Virus record (IMG/VR): IMGVR_UViG_3300020577_013187
Location: 1-64,000 of that record
Reading direction: 5' to 3' (one strand)
Length of the DNA stretch: 64,000 nt
Source: a virus
Lineage: Duplodnaviria; Caudoviricetes
Positions 18,775 through 28,314 of the stretch are shown here, piece after piece (the stretch's first letter is position 1; every line of letters starts with the position of its first letter). The notes below the pieces were generated by a model that searched no databases, had not been told where the DNA came from, and was given only the letters and a program-made list of their open reading frames with translations. A program made the translations under genes and the position numbers.

Positions 18775-19148
18775 TACTCTTTTATAACATCTTTGGGGTT
18801 ATCACCAAAAACTTTTTTTTCAAATTGATCATCAAATTCTTTACATTTATTATATATTTGAATAACAACCGATGCATCATAAAGATCTTGACCATTATTA
18901 GAGTTCTTCCACCAGTCAGGAGCTGAGATAACACAGTGTTGAAGAAAAGCTATAATAAAAAACATTCCTTTAACTTCAGAAGAAAGACCTTGAACATCTC
19001 CTATTGAACGTGCTACTGTAGTTTGAATGGCCAATTCTTTTCCTAAAGAAGGTCTCTTATAGGTAAAATTTCCTTCTAATTTTTGTTTAGTGCTTGGATC
19101 TTCAACTGAAATAAAAAAGGTTGTTTCGTTTGAAGGTAATTGGAGCAT
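18774..19148 (-). CDS. Tail assembly chaperone (first)
   Basis: Between tube and tape measure; GNFTYKRPSLG...APDWW. Confidence 0.7.
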   Translation of the reverse strand: MLQLPSNETTFFISVEDPSTKQKLEGNFTYKRPSLGKELAIQTTVARSIGDVQGLSSEVKGMFFIIAFLQHCVISAPDWWKNSNNGQDLYDASVVIQIYNKCKEFDDQFEKKVFGDNPKDVIKE

Positions 19149-19235
19149 ATTTTTTTATCCTTTAGTTTAATATGTTTTTTCTATTATAGCATATTTTTAG
19201 ATTGACATATAAGATAAAAGTGATATTGGTATTGT

Positions 19236-19315
19236 TATATTTTGCCAGATACAATTTAGCCTTGGCCAAACACCGGGTTTTGTTTGGAGGGCGGGGCAAC
19301 CCGCCTTCTTTCGTT
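19236..19315 (+). ncRNA. Candidate small RNA antisense to the tail operon direction
   Basis: TTGACA at 19202 and TG-T-TATATT at 19233-19241; hairpins CCAAACA/TGTTTGG and AGGGCGGG-GCAA-CCCGCCTT then pyrimidine tail. Confidence 0.5.
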
Positions 19316-19338
19316 ATGCAGAAACTTTATCAAAAATA

Positions 19339-19372
19339 AAATAGCCCAAAGTTAAAAAACCTTGGGCTATTT
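19339..19372 (-). terminator. Intrinsic terminator after tail tube gene
   Basis: AAATAGCCCAA/TTGGGCTATTT stem with T-rich tail on minus strand. Confidence 0.8.
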
Positions 19373-19402
19373 ATCAATAATATAAAAAATATGAAACTAT
19401 TA

Positions 19403-19816
19403 TTAAGCAGCAGATTCGTCAGAAGCTTTCAATCCAACAAAATTCCAAGTTTCAGTTGCTACGCCACGAGCATCAACAGTACCAGTACGACCGGTATTTT
19501 TGACACCAACTATACGAACAATAGTGACACCAGCAATGCGATCTTGAAGTTCAACAGTAAGCTCAGGCTGTGTTAAAATATCTTCTAGACGTGGAATAAT
19601 TCCTAATTGAATAGCTGATTTATTTGCTACTCTAAAAGTATTACAACTAAAATCAACCTTATATCCTACTTCAGCATATTCAACAGCTGCTAGATTATCA
19701 AGAACATCAATAGGTTGATGATCATGAGAAATATTATAATTAACACTTGAAGCATAAGCTACTTGAACACCCTGAATTTTAAATATAGCTCGGGCTCCGG
19801 TAAACGTTTGTGACAT
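19403..19816 (-). CDS. Tail tube protein
   Basis: 137 aa, follows sheath; FTGARAIFKIQG...ETWNFVGL pattern. Confidence 0.85.
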   Translation of the reverse strand: MSQTFTGARAIFKIQGVQVAYASSVNYNISHDHQPIDVLDNLAAVEYAEVGYKVDFSCNTFRVANKSAIQLGIIPRLEDILTQPELTVELQDRIAGVTIVRIVGVKNTGRTGTVDARGVATETWNFVGLKASDESAA

Positions 19817-19868
19817 ATTAACTCCTTAATGTTTTTTAGTATCTTAAGATTCTATGATCTTAATATCT

Positions 19869-22118
19869 TTAAGCTGTTTGACGAATAGTGTCTAAAACGA
19901 TCCTAGCAAGAACAAATTCAACACCTTGAACTGGAGTGATAGTAATATCAATATTCGCAACGTTTCCAATAACATTGACTGAAAGATTTTTCCAACCAAG
20001 ACCTTTGTTAGTATCATCACCAATTATGATATCAGCATCTAAGAATTGTTTCATGATACCAATTACAGCATTTCTAATTGTTTCAGCTGTACCAGTACGA
20101 ACCTTGTCGCCAACAAAAAGAGTTTCTAATTGCTGTCTAAGGTTATAGGCCACATAATGAGCAGCACTCAAAACATTGACACGATTTAAAACAAAGTTTG
20201 CATCATTTTGATAAGTAGTATTATGAAGAACAATTCTAATACCACCAGCACTAGGAGCTTCAATAATTGTAAGACCATTTTCAATAGCAATATTCTGATG
20301 ACCAAGATTATTGGCATCAAATAATTCAGTAGAGCTATTAGGAGCTACACCTTGTTTTTTGACATGTTTAGCACCATTAACAGCAATGTATTTATGAGTC
20401 ATAGGCAGGCCAATCTCACCACCTGCCTGCATACCTGCAACAATTGCAGCAAGCATATGAGGTTGACGCCAAACCAATGAACCATTGGTTGCTAAAATCT
20501 GAACATCTTGAAAAACTAATGAGGAAAATTCGCTATTAATTGCTTTAGCTTCATTTTGATTTTCGAGAAAAGTACCTCTATAGCCAATATAACAATTTCT
20601 TTCATTACGATTAACAGTACTACTCATCTTTTTACAATGCTCACGAGCTTGAGTATGAATAGACTCAACATCATAATTTGATGAGTTATCAGTATATCCA
20701 GGAATTTCAGCAAGATCATCACTAGCATCTTGAGAAACAAGAGGAACAATGATATTAATTCTTTTTCCTTCAAATGCTACAAATCCAAGGTTAAAAGAAG
20801 AAGTTGAAGAAGAACCTCTGGTACCGCCAGTTAAATAAGTACGAACAACAATATCAGGTAGTCCAATAAATAAAGTTCTTGAGATTTTAACTAATTGACT
20901 ATTTTGATCAAACCACTTTTGAATTTCATACGAATCAGTTTTTACCTGACCAACTTTTAAACTTGTAGTAGTAGAACAAATACCAACAGCAGATACTCTA
21001 TCTAAAACACTAGGAGGCAAACCGCCATTAGCAGTCACAGGTAATGAACATTTATAGCCAGTTTGAGAATCAATAAACTGAGCTAAATCTGCCAAAGTAG
21101 CAAAATTAGCTAGAGTTAGATTAAGATTAGATCCAGAACCACCTGTCACAGTAGTGGTCAAAGTCGTTGCAGTAATAGTCAAAGTTCCAGTTGTTCCAGT
21201 ATATCCAATTTGTAAAGCAATTCGACCACCAATTTCACCAGTCGTATCTGCAGTTGATTCATTGATTTGATCTTGCTGACGATTGATTACAATAGTTCGA
21301 GTAGCATTAGTAGCAGTCAACCCAACAACAGTAGATCCTGCAATGATAGCAGCACCCTGTTGAGGAACACTGACACCCACAAGAGTCCAATTTGCACTAG
21401 CAATAAATTCTAAACTAATACCCATACCTTCACGGTGAGTACCAGTTCCAGTAATTGCTAAATTCAAACTAATTCTATTAACAACAGTTGAAGCATAGGC
21501 AATGGCTACAGTACCCAAAGCAGTATTAATTTTTGAATTCAATTCAGTAACAGTAGCAGCTGCACTAGTACAGTTTGCAGCTGTGATAGTCACAAGAGCA
21601 CCACCATTAATCCTTAGAGTCATATCAGCACCAGGAGTATTTGTCCAATCAGCACCGAATTGAAGATTAAAGGTTTCTGCAGTGTCTTGACTAATAGTGG
21701 TATTGATAAGATTCTCATCAATACCAAAATTTTGAGAAGTGATAGTAGCCCAAGGATTAACACTATTCTGATTAATAATCAAACTAGCTTGAGTTGAATT
21801 ATTAGTTTTATAAACTAAAATTTTACTAGCACCTTGAGCAACTCTAGCATCATTTGAAGCATTAACTAAACTTCGAGCAGCATCAACAATAGGTCCGCTA
21901 CCATAGTATTCAATCAAATTAGCAAGAGTCGTACTATCATAAGTTCTAATACCACCCTCAGCTAAATTAGAACCAGGAGCACCTTTTGCAGACTCACCAA
22001 TAATACCAACAATACCAGTCTCAGCAAGAGGAAGAGCACCAATCAAATTCGTTCTCAAAGAAGAATAAGCACCAGGTATTTTTAAGCTTGCACCATTAAA
22101 AGGAATTGTAATTGCCAT
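19869..22118 (-). CDS. Tail sheath protein
   Basis: N-terminal IPGAYS...VGIIGES..G; C-terminal sheath domain ending PVQGVEFVL. Confidence 0.92.
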   Translation of the reverse strand: MAITIPFNGASLKIPGAYSSLRTNLIGALPLAETGIVGIIGESAKGAPGSNLAEGGIRTYDSTTLANLIEYYGSGPIVDAARSLVNASNDARVAQGASKILVYKTNNSTQASLIINQNSVNPWATITSQNFGIDENLINTTISQDTAETFNLQFGADWTNTPGADMTLRINGGALVTITAANCTSAAATVTELNSKINTALGTVAIAYASTVVNRISLNLAITGTGTHREGMGISLEFIASANWTLVGVSVPQQGAAIIAGSTVVGLTATNATRTIVINRQQDQINESTADTTGEIGGRIALQIGYTGTTGTLTITATTLTTTVTGGSGSNLNLTLANFATLADLAQFIDSQTGYKCSLPVTANGGLPPSVLDRVSAVGICSTTTSLKVGQVKTDSYEIQKWFDQNSQLVKISRTLFIGLPDIVVRTYLTGGTRGSSSTSSFNLGFVAFEGKRINIIVPLVSQDASDDLAEIPGYTDNSSNYDVESIHTQAREHCKKMSSTVNRNERNCYIGYRGTFLENQNEAKAINSEFSSLVFQDVQILATNGSLVWRQPHMLAAIVAGMQAGGEIGLPMTHKYIAVNGAKHVKKQGVAPNSSTELFDANNLGHQNIAIENGLTIIEAPSAGGIRIVLHNTTYQNDANFVLNRVNVLSAAHYVAYNLRQQLETLFVGDKVRTGTAETIRNAVIGIMKQFLDADIIIGDDTNKGLGWKNLSVNVIGNVANIDITITPVQGVEFVLARIVLDTIRQTA

Positions 22119-22155
22119 AAATCTCCCTATTATCTACGATAAAATTTTTATAATC

Positions 22156-22434
22156 TTAATATGACTTTAAAACATCAAACCATTTGTCCAAACTAGCTTC
22201 AAGTCCATCAATTCTTTTCTTACAAAAGACTTGAACTGCTTCAATTGTCCAAAGCTTGGCTTGAGGAAATTCTTTTAAAAATAGCCTATATGCTTGGTCA
22301 AAACCATAAACGACTTCTTCTTTTACAGTCTCAACAATATCTTCAAGAACTTCTTCGATCATATCTTTAACCCCTTTGCTTTCATTATTTTCTTGACTCA
22401 TTATATCATTTTTTGAATCATATTTTTTAGCCAT
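22156..22434 (-). CDS. Hypothetical protein
   Basis: 92-aa ORF in operon immediately upstream of sheath. Confidence 0.65.
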   Translation of the reverse strand: MAKKYDSKNDIMSQENNESKGVKDMIEEVLEDIVETVKEEVVYGFDQAYRLFLKEFPQAKLWTIEAVQVFCKKRIDGLEASLDKWFDVLKSY

Positions 22435-22467
22435 ATATCAAAAACCTCACTTTTTTTTAATTATTTT

Positions 22468-23415
22468 CTAATAATCTAAAGTTGTTTGAATAGTTAAAGT
22501 ATTCTCATCCTCTCTTTTATAAAGATCACGAGGAACTTTAATAACACCATATGTTTCACCAAGAACTGGAAGATCTTCAGCTGTCCATTGTTGTTCAATA
22601 AATTTAATTTTTAAATTAAGATCTCTTGTAAAGAGATTTTCTGGTAGATAATTTCCTCTATCAAAATCAGTTCCATAGTATGTTGAAAGTTCTACACCCC
22701 TTAAAATAAGACTCTTCTTATAAGATAAAATAATATACTTTATTATAGTGTAGAGATACTTTGTTAAAAGTGCATCTTCAGTGATAATCTTTATTTGGAT
22801 ATCTTCTGATTCTCTAGTTGCCTTAGACTTTGCACTTGTATAGCTAACATTTGATATAACATTACAATTGGTTAGGTTTACTGATGGAAACCCTGATAGG
22901 ATAAGAAAATGCTTATCACCTACTTCATCCGTTATTCCACCTGTGATAGGATAATTATCTCCATTGCCATCAACAAAAATACTATTTAATGTTATACCAT
23001 TTAAATTTGATAGAACCCCTGTTACATCTATCATTCCACTAGTAAGATCATAAGATAGAGGCGTAAAGTTTGCTTTAATAACTTGAGGTGTAATATCTGT
23101 ACTTATAGTATCTTGGTAATCTTCAAATGAAGCATAACTTTCTAACTCTTGATTATTTATCAAGTTAATTGCAATCGTAGGCTCTTTTAAATCAGTCAAT
23201 GGGTAGCCTTGAACAATACTGATAGGCTTATTCAGAATAGCATCTTTAATTCTATCAATTTCAGCTTGACCAAAATAAGTGGCCAACCAAGGATCTTTTA
23301 ATGAGCCAAAGATATCTTCTATCTTATCTGTAGAAGTATTGATTGAGCTTTTTATCATTGATAGGCCATCTCTCAATGTAGCTTCTAAAATTAATTCTGA
23401 AAGTTTGAATGACAT
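22468..23415 (-). CDS. Tail terminator / tail completion protein
   Basis: Position before sheath; ISIVQGYP...PTIAINL...E pattern. Confidence 0.6.
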   Translation of the reverse strand: MSFKLSELILEATLRDGLSMIKSSINTSTDKIEDIFGSLKDPWLATYFGQAEIDRIKDAILNKPISIVQGYPLTDLKEPTIAINLINNQELESYASFEDYQDTISTDITPQVIKANFTPLSYDLTSGMIDVTGVLSNLNGITLNSIFVDGNGDNYPITGGITDEVGDKHFLILSGFPSVNLTNCNVISNVSYTSAKSKATRESEDIQIKIITEDALLTKYLYTIIKYIILSYKKSLILRGVELSTYYGTDFDRGNYLPENLFTRDLNLKIKFIEQQWTAEDLPVLGETYGVIKVPRDLYKREDENTLTIQTTLDY

Positions 23416-23416
23416 A

Positions 23417-24130
23417 TTATAATATTGTGTTTAAGATTTTATCAACTTGCTCACTGATATAGTTTTCAAGATCAGGAAAGATTTTAGCTCCTCCAAATCC
23501 TGGATGATTCCATTTTGATCTATCTGTATTTTCAGAAACTCTTCGAAAGGTCATATAAGTGCTTTGAGTAGCTTTATCATAAGTTTTTTGATATTTTACT
23601 AATCCATTTAGCTCTTTGATGCCTGTATTGAGTAGAGTAGCTACCTTACCTTGAAGAGGTGTGCCATCAGGTCCTTTAAGAATTTTATCTAAGCCACTTT
23701 GCTGTAAAACCTGCTTAACTGCATCTCTTAATTGAGTTGATTTTTGATTTAAGGGTGCTTTAGAATACGGTCTATAGCTAAAGGGTATTGTGTTATAGAT
23801 TGTACCTTTTTTTGTGACTTTTGCTTTAGGTCCATTTAAAAAACCATCTATCATATTAAATGGAGCCCAACCATCTTCAATCGAATTTGCATGATCTCCA
23901 GTTAAACTAATAACATAAATTCCATCACCCAACCCATAAAGATTAAAAGAATTAAGATAATCTTGCTTAGTAGTTTTTAACCTCTGTTGAGCTAATCTTA
24001 CACCCTCTGAATAAGTTGCTTGAGCTATTTGACCTATTGCACCTTCTAAAATTTCTTTAGTCTGATCTGCAAGATTGTCTAATGTCTTACCTAATTCCTC
24101 AGCTCTTATTTTTAGGTTAATATCAAACAT
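23417..24130 (-). CDS. Neck / tail-completion protein
   Basis: Neck module position; IEDGWAPFNM, FRRVSE...WNHPG. Confidence 0.6.
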   Translation of the reverse strand: MFDINLKIRAEELGKTLDNLADQTKEILEGAIGQIAQATYSEGVRLAQQRLKTTKQDYLNSFNLYGLGDGIYVISLTGDHANSIEDGWAPFNMIDGFLNGPKAKVTKKGTIYNTIPFSYRPYSKAPLNQKSTQLRDAVKQVLQQSGLDKILKGPDGTPLQGKVATLLNTGIKELNGLVKYQKTYDKATQSTYMTFRRVSENTDRSKWNHPGFGGAKIFPDLENYISEQVDKILNTIL

Positions 24131-24903
24131 TATTGTTCTAGAGTATTGGTTACCACTGTTATCTTATTAGGAGCTACCGGTGCCCCCAATAGATCTTCTT
24201 TAGTTATTAGATAATCTCTTTTTATGATCCATTGTTGAGAATGTTCAACCGGATCTACTTCTACTGAAGCTGAAGTTCCAAATTGAGAAAATCTATTGAC
24301 ATGTAATGCTTTTAATGATCTAAAAGTTAAAAGATATTCATAGTGGACACTATAAGTATTATTGACCGCTGGTCTAGTAACTCCAAGCCATTGAATATCT
24401 CTAGTATCAGTTGTTAAAGTAAAATGAACGTTTTCTTGATACTCAGTGCCATTTTGATCAATTATATAGTTGACTTTTAAAGCCTTATATTTTAGTCTAT
24501 CAATATCGCCTGTTTGTCTTTGAATAAGTTCATAAAAAGTAGTCGTAAAATCTAATACTTCAATTTTGGCAAAATACTGTAAATAAAGACCTCTGACAAA
24601 ACTAGCTAAAACACTTTGATCATCAAAAACGCCCTCTACATTGAACATCTTTTCAATCTTTTGAGATTGTAGATAGGCATATCCTTCTAATGGGAGACGA
24701 TCTATAAAAAGGTTTCCATTGCACAAAGTACAGTCTATTTGATGCTCATAAGTATCTATCTTTTTGACATTAGGGCAAAGAGTAGTTTTGTATACCCTTA
24801 CTCTTACACCATGAGTTTCAATCAATTTGTCAAAAGCAATAGGATCAAGGTTTACACGAACATCAAAACCTTTTCTTGGAATTTTAGCATTGACTATTGA
24901 CAT
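24130..24903 (-). CDS. Head-closure / neck protein
   Basis: FDKLIETHG...LCP...CTLCNG motif typical of myovirus head-tail connectors. Confidence 0.65.
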   Translation of the reverse strand: MSIVNAKIPRKGFDVRVNLDPIAFDKLIETHGVRVRVYKTTLCPNVKKIDTYEHQIDCTLCNGNLFIDRLPLEGYAYLQSQKIEKMFNVEGVFDDQSVLASFVRGLYLQYFAKIEVLDFTTTFYELIQRQTGDIDRLKYKALKVNYIIDQNGTEYQENVHFTLTTDTRDIQWLGVTRPAVNNTYSVHYEYLLTFRSLKALHVNRFSQFGTSASVEVDPVEHSQQWIIKRDYLITKEDLLGAPVAPNKITVVTNTLEQ

Positions 24904-24904
24904 A

Positions 24905-25711
24905 TTACTCTAAAAAACCAACTTCAGGATCAGAAAACATAGTAGCAAGATTAAGAGCCTGAAGAACTTGACTTTTAGAAAGATAGTCAAATTTACTAAA
25001 CTGTTGCTCTACTATCTCGTCAGATTTAGATTTTTGAAGACTATCTCCAAAATCAAGATTAGTAGATTTTTCTAAGCGCTCTTTCTCACTTTTAAAAAAA
25101 TCTTCTACTTGAGGATCTAAATCATTTTTCATTTGCCATAGTGTAAAATTATCTTCCATTGAATTCTCCGACTTTATTAGTTTTATTTGAACTTGATCAG
25201 GATCATTTTGAATAATCATTGCTTTAGGATCGATTGCATCAATATAGCTTACAACTTCACAAGCCATTGTTGTCTTACGTCTTTCATTTTCAAGATCTAT
25301 CTCACTAATAGGAGGTGAAGTAGCAATATCAGGAGACATCTCATCAATCGTTTTATCAATATCATTGACCATCTGTTGATTGTAAAGGCTATCTCCAACC
25401 ATATTGACAATCCAAATATGGTCTTCATAGGCCTGGGCAACAATATCTTTTAGAGTAAAATTTCTAAAAGCTAGTACAGGAATCTCGCCATTTTGAAGAT
25501 AGATCCATCCAGTATAATGATTATCATCAACTCGAATCAAAAAGACACAATATTGATCATCAATTTCGATATGCTTTGAGTCATTGACATTCAGATTCTG
25601 AGCCTGAGATATCAAATGACTCAAGTATTTATCGTTTTCCGAAACAGGAAAATCTGACTTAAGCATCTTTTGGCCAGCTTTATTTAAAATTTCAAAAATA
25701 ACTTGATTCAT
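24905..25711 (-). CDS. Hypothetical protein, possible internal head protein
   Basis: Acidic; several hydrophobic-x-K-S motifs. Confidence 0.6.
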   Translation of the reverse strand: MNQVIFEILNKAGQKMLKSDFPVSENDKYLSHLISQAQNLNVNDSKHIEIDDQYCVFLIRVDDNHYTGWIYLQNGEIPVLAFRNFTLKDIVAQAYEDHIWIVNMVGDSLYNQQMVNDIDKTIDEMSPDIATSPPISEIDLENERRKTTMACEVVSYIDAIDPKAMIIQNDPDQVQIKLIKSENSMEDNFTLWQMKNDLDPQVEDFFKSEKERLEKSTNLDFGDSLQKSKSDEIVEQQFSKFDYLSKSQVLQALNLATMFSDPEVGFLE

Positions 25712-26511
25712 TAAGTCACCATAAGATTAAAGCCGCCACCATAATATCTTTTTGCTAATTCAAGCATACTGCCAATTAGATCTTGATATGATTGAATTCT
25801 AGCCCCATAAAGTCCTCTAGGATTATTAAATAGATTAGTTGATTGACTCAATCCATCAAGTGTGATACTTGCTCCAGAGATACCAACACCTAAAGTTGAG
25901 GTACCTAAGCTAATTAATAGAGGAATTGCACCATACATTCCAACAATCTGATTTATAAAGTAAGGTATCTTATCTTGTTCAAATCCAGCTACATATTCAA
26001 TCTCAAACAATTGAGGATACTGAGAGGCTACCCCAAGTAATTGAGGGAGATATCCTGAATTATCTAAATTAAAATAATTCAAAGCTCCACTTGTAGGAGT
26101 AACCTGAATTTGACCAATCTCACTATAAACTCTAAGCCATTCTAAAGGATACTGAATTAAAGTTTGATTCGCTTGATACTTGACTTTTACTGAATTAACC
26201 TTTATAATTGGTTTGTGGTATAAATCAATAAAACCATAATTATAATAATTATTTACAGAATAGTCTCTTTTTTCAGTATAAGTTGTTGGTGTCAAAGTAA
26301 TATTTAAAGCGTGCTCAATATAAGAAACACCTATCAAAATATAATTCTTAATTGTCTCATCATCAACTAATAAGTTTCCGTTAGAGTCAGTAAGAGGAAC
26401 ACCAACTAAGAATCTTTTTTTGAAATCTTCTACAGTCAAAAAAGTTTCAAACCTGTTGTACCCAGGATTACTAACTGAATTTGGAGGAAAAACTATATTA
26501 GTTGATATCAT
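25711..26511 (-). CDS. Head-tail adaptor protein
   Basis: IKNYILIGVSYIEHALNITL...EIEYVAGF...SITLDGLSQS. Confidence 0.75.
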   Translation of the reverse strand: MISTNIVFPPNSVSNPGYNRFETFLTVEDFKKRFLVGVPLTDSNGNLLVDDETIKNYILIGVSYIEHALNITLTPTTYTEKRDYSVNNYYNYGFIDLYHKPIIKVNSVKVKYQANQTLIQYPLEWLRVYSEIGQIQVTPTSGALNYFNLDNSGYLPQLLGVASQYPQLFEIEYVAGFEQDKIPYFINQIVGMYGAIPLLISLGTSTLGVGISGASITLDGLSQSTNLFNNPRGLYGARIQSYQDLIGSMLELAKRYYGGGFNLMVT

Positions 26512-26882
26512 TAGACAGCCACATTAAGTTTTCGAATAGCTCCAATAAGATAAGCTATTCTTATATTGCCACCTGTATCGGTCAAAACTAATCTTAAATC
26601 TCCACTAATCATTGCAGCAGTTTGAACTTTACTCAAATTAACTGTAAAGATACTAGGATCTTCAGTACTTTGAATTATATCAGCATCAGCAATAACTAAA
26701 TCAGTAGGAGTAGCCGGTATATATAAAGTTTTAGTGGTAGTATTAGGAACAGAATAAGGACATTTTCCTGTATCTCCTAATACTTGAAATTTAAGAATTC
26801 TATCTTCACCAGCATAGAATTCAAAAATATCAACACCACCAATGGCACAACTACCTAAAATCCTTAATCTATAAGATAACAT
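26511..26882 (-). CDS. Ig-like/BppU-like virion protein
   Basis: FYAGEDRILKFQV...FTVNLSKVQTA...GDLRL pattern. Confidence 0.5.
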   Translation of the reverse strand: MLSYRLRILGSCAIGGVDIFEFYAGEDRILKFQVLGDTGKCPYSVPNTTTKTLYIPATPTDLVIADADIIQSTEDPSIFTVNLSKVQTAAMISGDLRLVLTDTGGNIRIAYLIGAIRKLNVAV

Positions 26883-26885
26883 AAA

Positions 26886-27155
26886 TTAATAGTTTCGATT
26901 ATAAGAGTAAGATCTTTTCCTGTTTTTTTCAATTAACGATCTAAAATGAGACAGAGCGTCTTTAAACTTCTTTTCATTAGATTGAAGCCACTCTTCTTCC
27001 AACTTAGCGATTTGATTCTTAATATTTTGAAATACAAAAACGCATTTAAAAGAGTTGTCATCAACAATCCTGCACTCAATAAACTTTACTCCCCGAACAA
27101 ACAAAAATGTAGCAATATTCAAATTATCTGTTTCATATTCGTTTTGCACACTCAT
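26886..27155 (-). CDS. Small DUF5659-like protein
   Basis: YETDNLNIATFLFVRG...FVF; AGGAG RBS. Confidence 0.55.
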   Translation of the reverse strand: MSVQNEYETDNLNIATFLFVRGVKFIECRIVDDNSFKCVFVFQNIKNQIAKLEEEWLQSNEKKFKDALSHFRSLIEKNRKRSYSYNRNY

Positions 27156-27244
27156 TACTATCTCCTTTTTTATATTAGTATTCTTATTAAAATTATTATA
27201 TCCTATTTTTAATATTTTTTTTATAGTTTTTTAAAATAAAAAAA

Positions 27245-27269
27245 GGCCACTTATAAAAAATAAGTGGCC
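27245..27269 (-). terminator. Intrinsic terminator after the metalloprotease gene
   Basis: GGCCACTTA/TAAGTGGCC stem with T run on minus strand. Confidence 0.8.
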
Positions 27270-27295
27270 AATAACTACAGAATAAGAATTTTTTA

Positions 27296-28069
27296 TTATT
27301 TTATTTGAAGAAGATTTTTTATCATATCAACTGTTTTTTGACTGATATATTGATCGACATTAATAGAAGAATACATGATAGAATTTACGTCATCAGAATG
27401 GTTTAGATCTAAACAATGTCCAAGTTCATGAGCATACATAGTCCACATATATTTAGTTGATTCACTCACGTCAATTTTACATTGCATTTTGTCATTTTTA
27501 AATCTCACATTTGAATAGGCGCCAAAATAACCTGATTCATCTTCTTTGGGTATAACTAAAGCTTTTCTCATACAAAAAGCTATATTAATTTCTTTTTCAT
27601 TATCAATAACAAATATTTCTTTGCCTAAAGCAAAGTTCCAATAAGAAATTGCCTTTTTTATTTCTTCAATAACACGCTCATCATCAATATTTTTAGTCTG
27701 AAGAGTAATTTGAGAAAGATTAGAATAAAGTCTTTTAGAAGCAGCTGCGTCCTGAAAAGCTGTATAGCTTAAATGTTCATTTTCAAAATTAATTACTTCC
27801 ATCTTAAGCGGTTCAGCAGTCACTTTATCATATCGATCATAGTCGATTTTAACAGTTTGTTTTTGCACTGTACAAAAATTAAGATAATCCGCTTCATCAC
27901 AAGTAAAAAAAGTTTCATCGTTATCAACTAAAGGCATTTCTTTAGGATCAACTTTAGGCTCTTCACATTGAATTTTTAAATCTAAATTAGAAGATTGTTT
28001 ACGCTCGTCTTGAGTACAAGCACCAATGGAGATGAGTAGAAGAGAAGCTAAAAGAATTTTTGTTTTCAT
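27296..28069 (-). CDS. Lipoprotein with matrixin (M10/metzincin) zinc metalloprotease domain
   Basis: Signal peptide ending ISIGAC; HELGHCLDLNH zinc motif; SIMY Met-turn. Confidence 0.85.
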   Translation of the reverse strand: MKTKILLASLLLISIGACTQDERKQSSNLDLKIQCEEPKVDPKEMPLVDNDETFFTCDEADYLNFCTVQKQTVKIDYDRYDKVTAEPLKMEVINFENEHLSYTAFQDAAASKRLYSNLSQITLQTKNIDDERVIEEIKKAISYWNFALGKEIFVIDNEKEINIAFCMRKALVIPKEDESGYFGAYSNVRFKNDKMQCKIDVSESTKYMWTMYAHELGHCLDLNHSDDVNSIMYSSINVDQYISQKTVDMIKNLLQIK

Positions 28070-28265
28070 ATTTTAAAATTATTAATAAATGTGTTTATAA
28101 AAGTAAAGAAAAAGTCAGTTATAAAATAAAATAGTTTCACCGTACTTTATGTTCTATAACCGTGTTTTTCTTTACAACCATTCTTTATTTATTGCAATAA
28201 AAAGATCTTTTGTCAATTTATATTTTAAAATTGTTTTAAAATATAAATATTCAAACAACAAAAAA

Positions 28266-28287
28266 CCCCATAACTTTTGTTATGGGG
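28266..28287 (-). terminator. Intrinsic terminator after major capsid gene
   Basis: CCCCATAAC/GTTATGGGG stem with T run on minus strand. Confidence 0.85.
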
Positions 28288-28314
28288 CAGAGTAGATCTT
28301 TCTTATATTATAGA

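Noticed and set aside
18770-18825. Programmed -1 frameshift between the two tail assembly chaperones at the in-frame A AAA AAA run
   Set aside because: The -1 frame after the run reads AAA AGT TTT TGG TGA TAA and stops at once; no clear slippery heptamer lies in the short open stretch after that. TAATG coupling explains the arrangement.
19245-19315. Self-cleaving ribozyme (HDV-like, hammerhead)
   Set aside because: Could not place the required catalytic core or pseudoknot by eye; kept only as a generic sRNA candidate.
19391-19576. 61-aa plus-strand ORF after the candidate sRNA
   Set aside because: Entirely antisense to the tail tube gene and separated from the promoter by two terminator-like hairpins.
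28220-28250. TATATTTTAAAATTGTTTTAAAATATA palindrome and other TTTTAAAA boxes
   Set aside because: A/T-only palindromes are expected by chance at this composition; only the longer bipartite match at 42167/55396 was kept.
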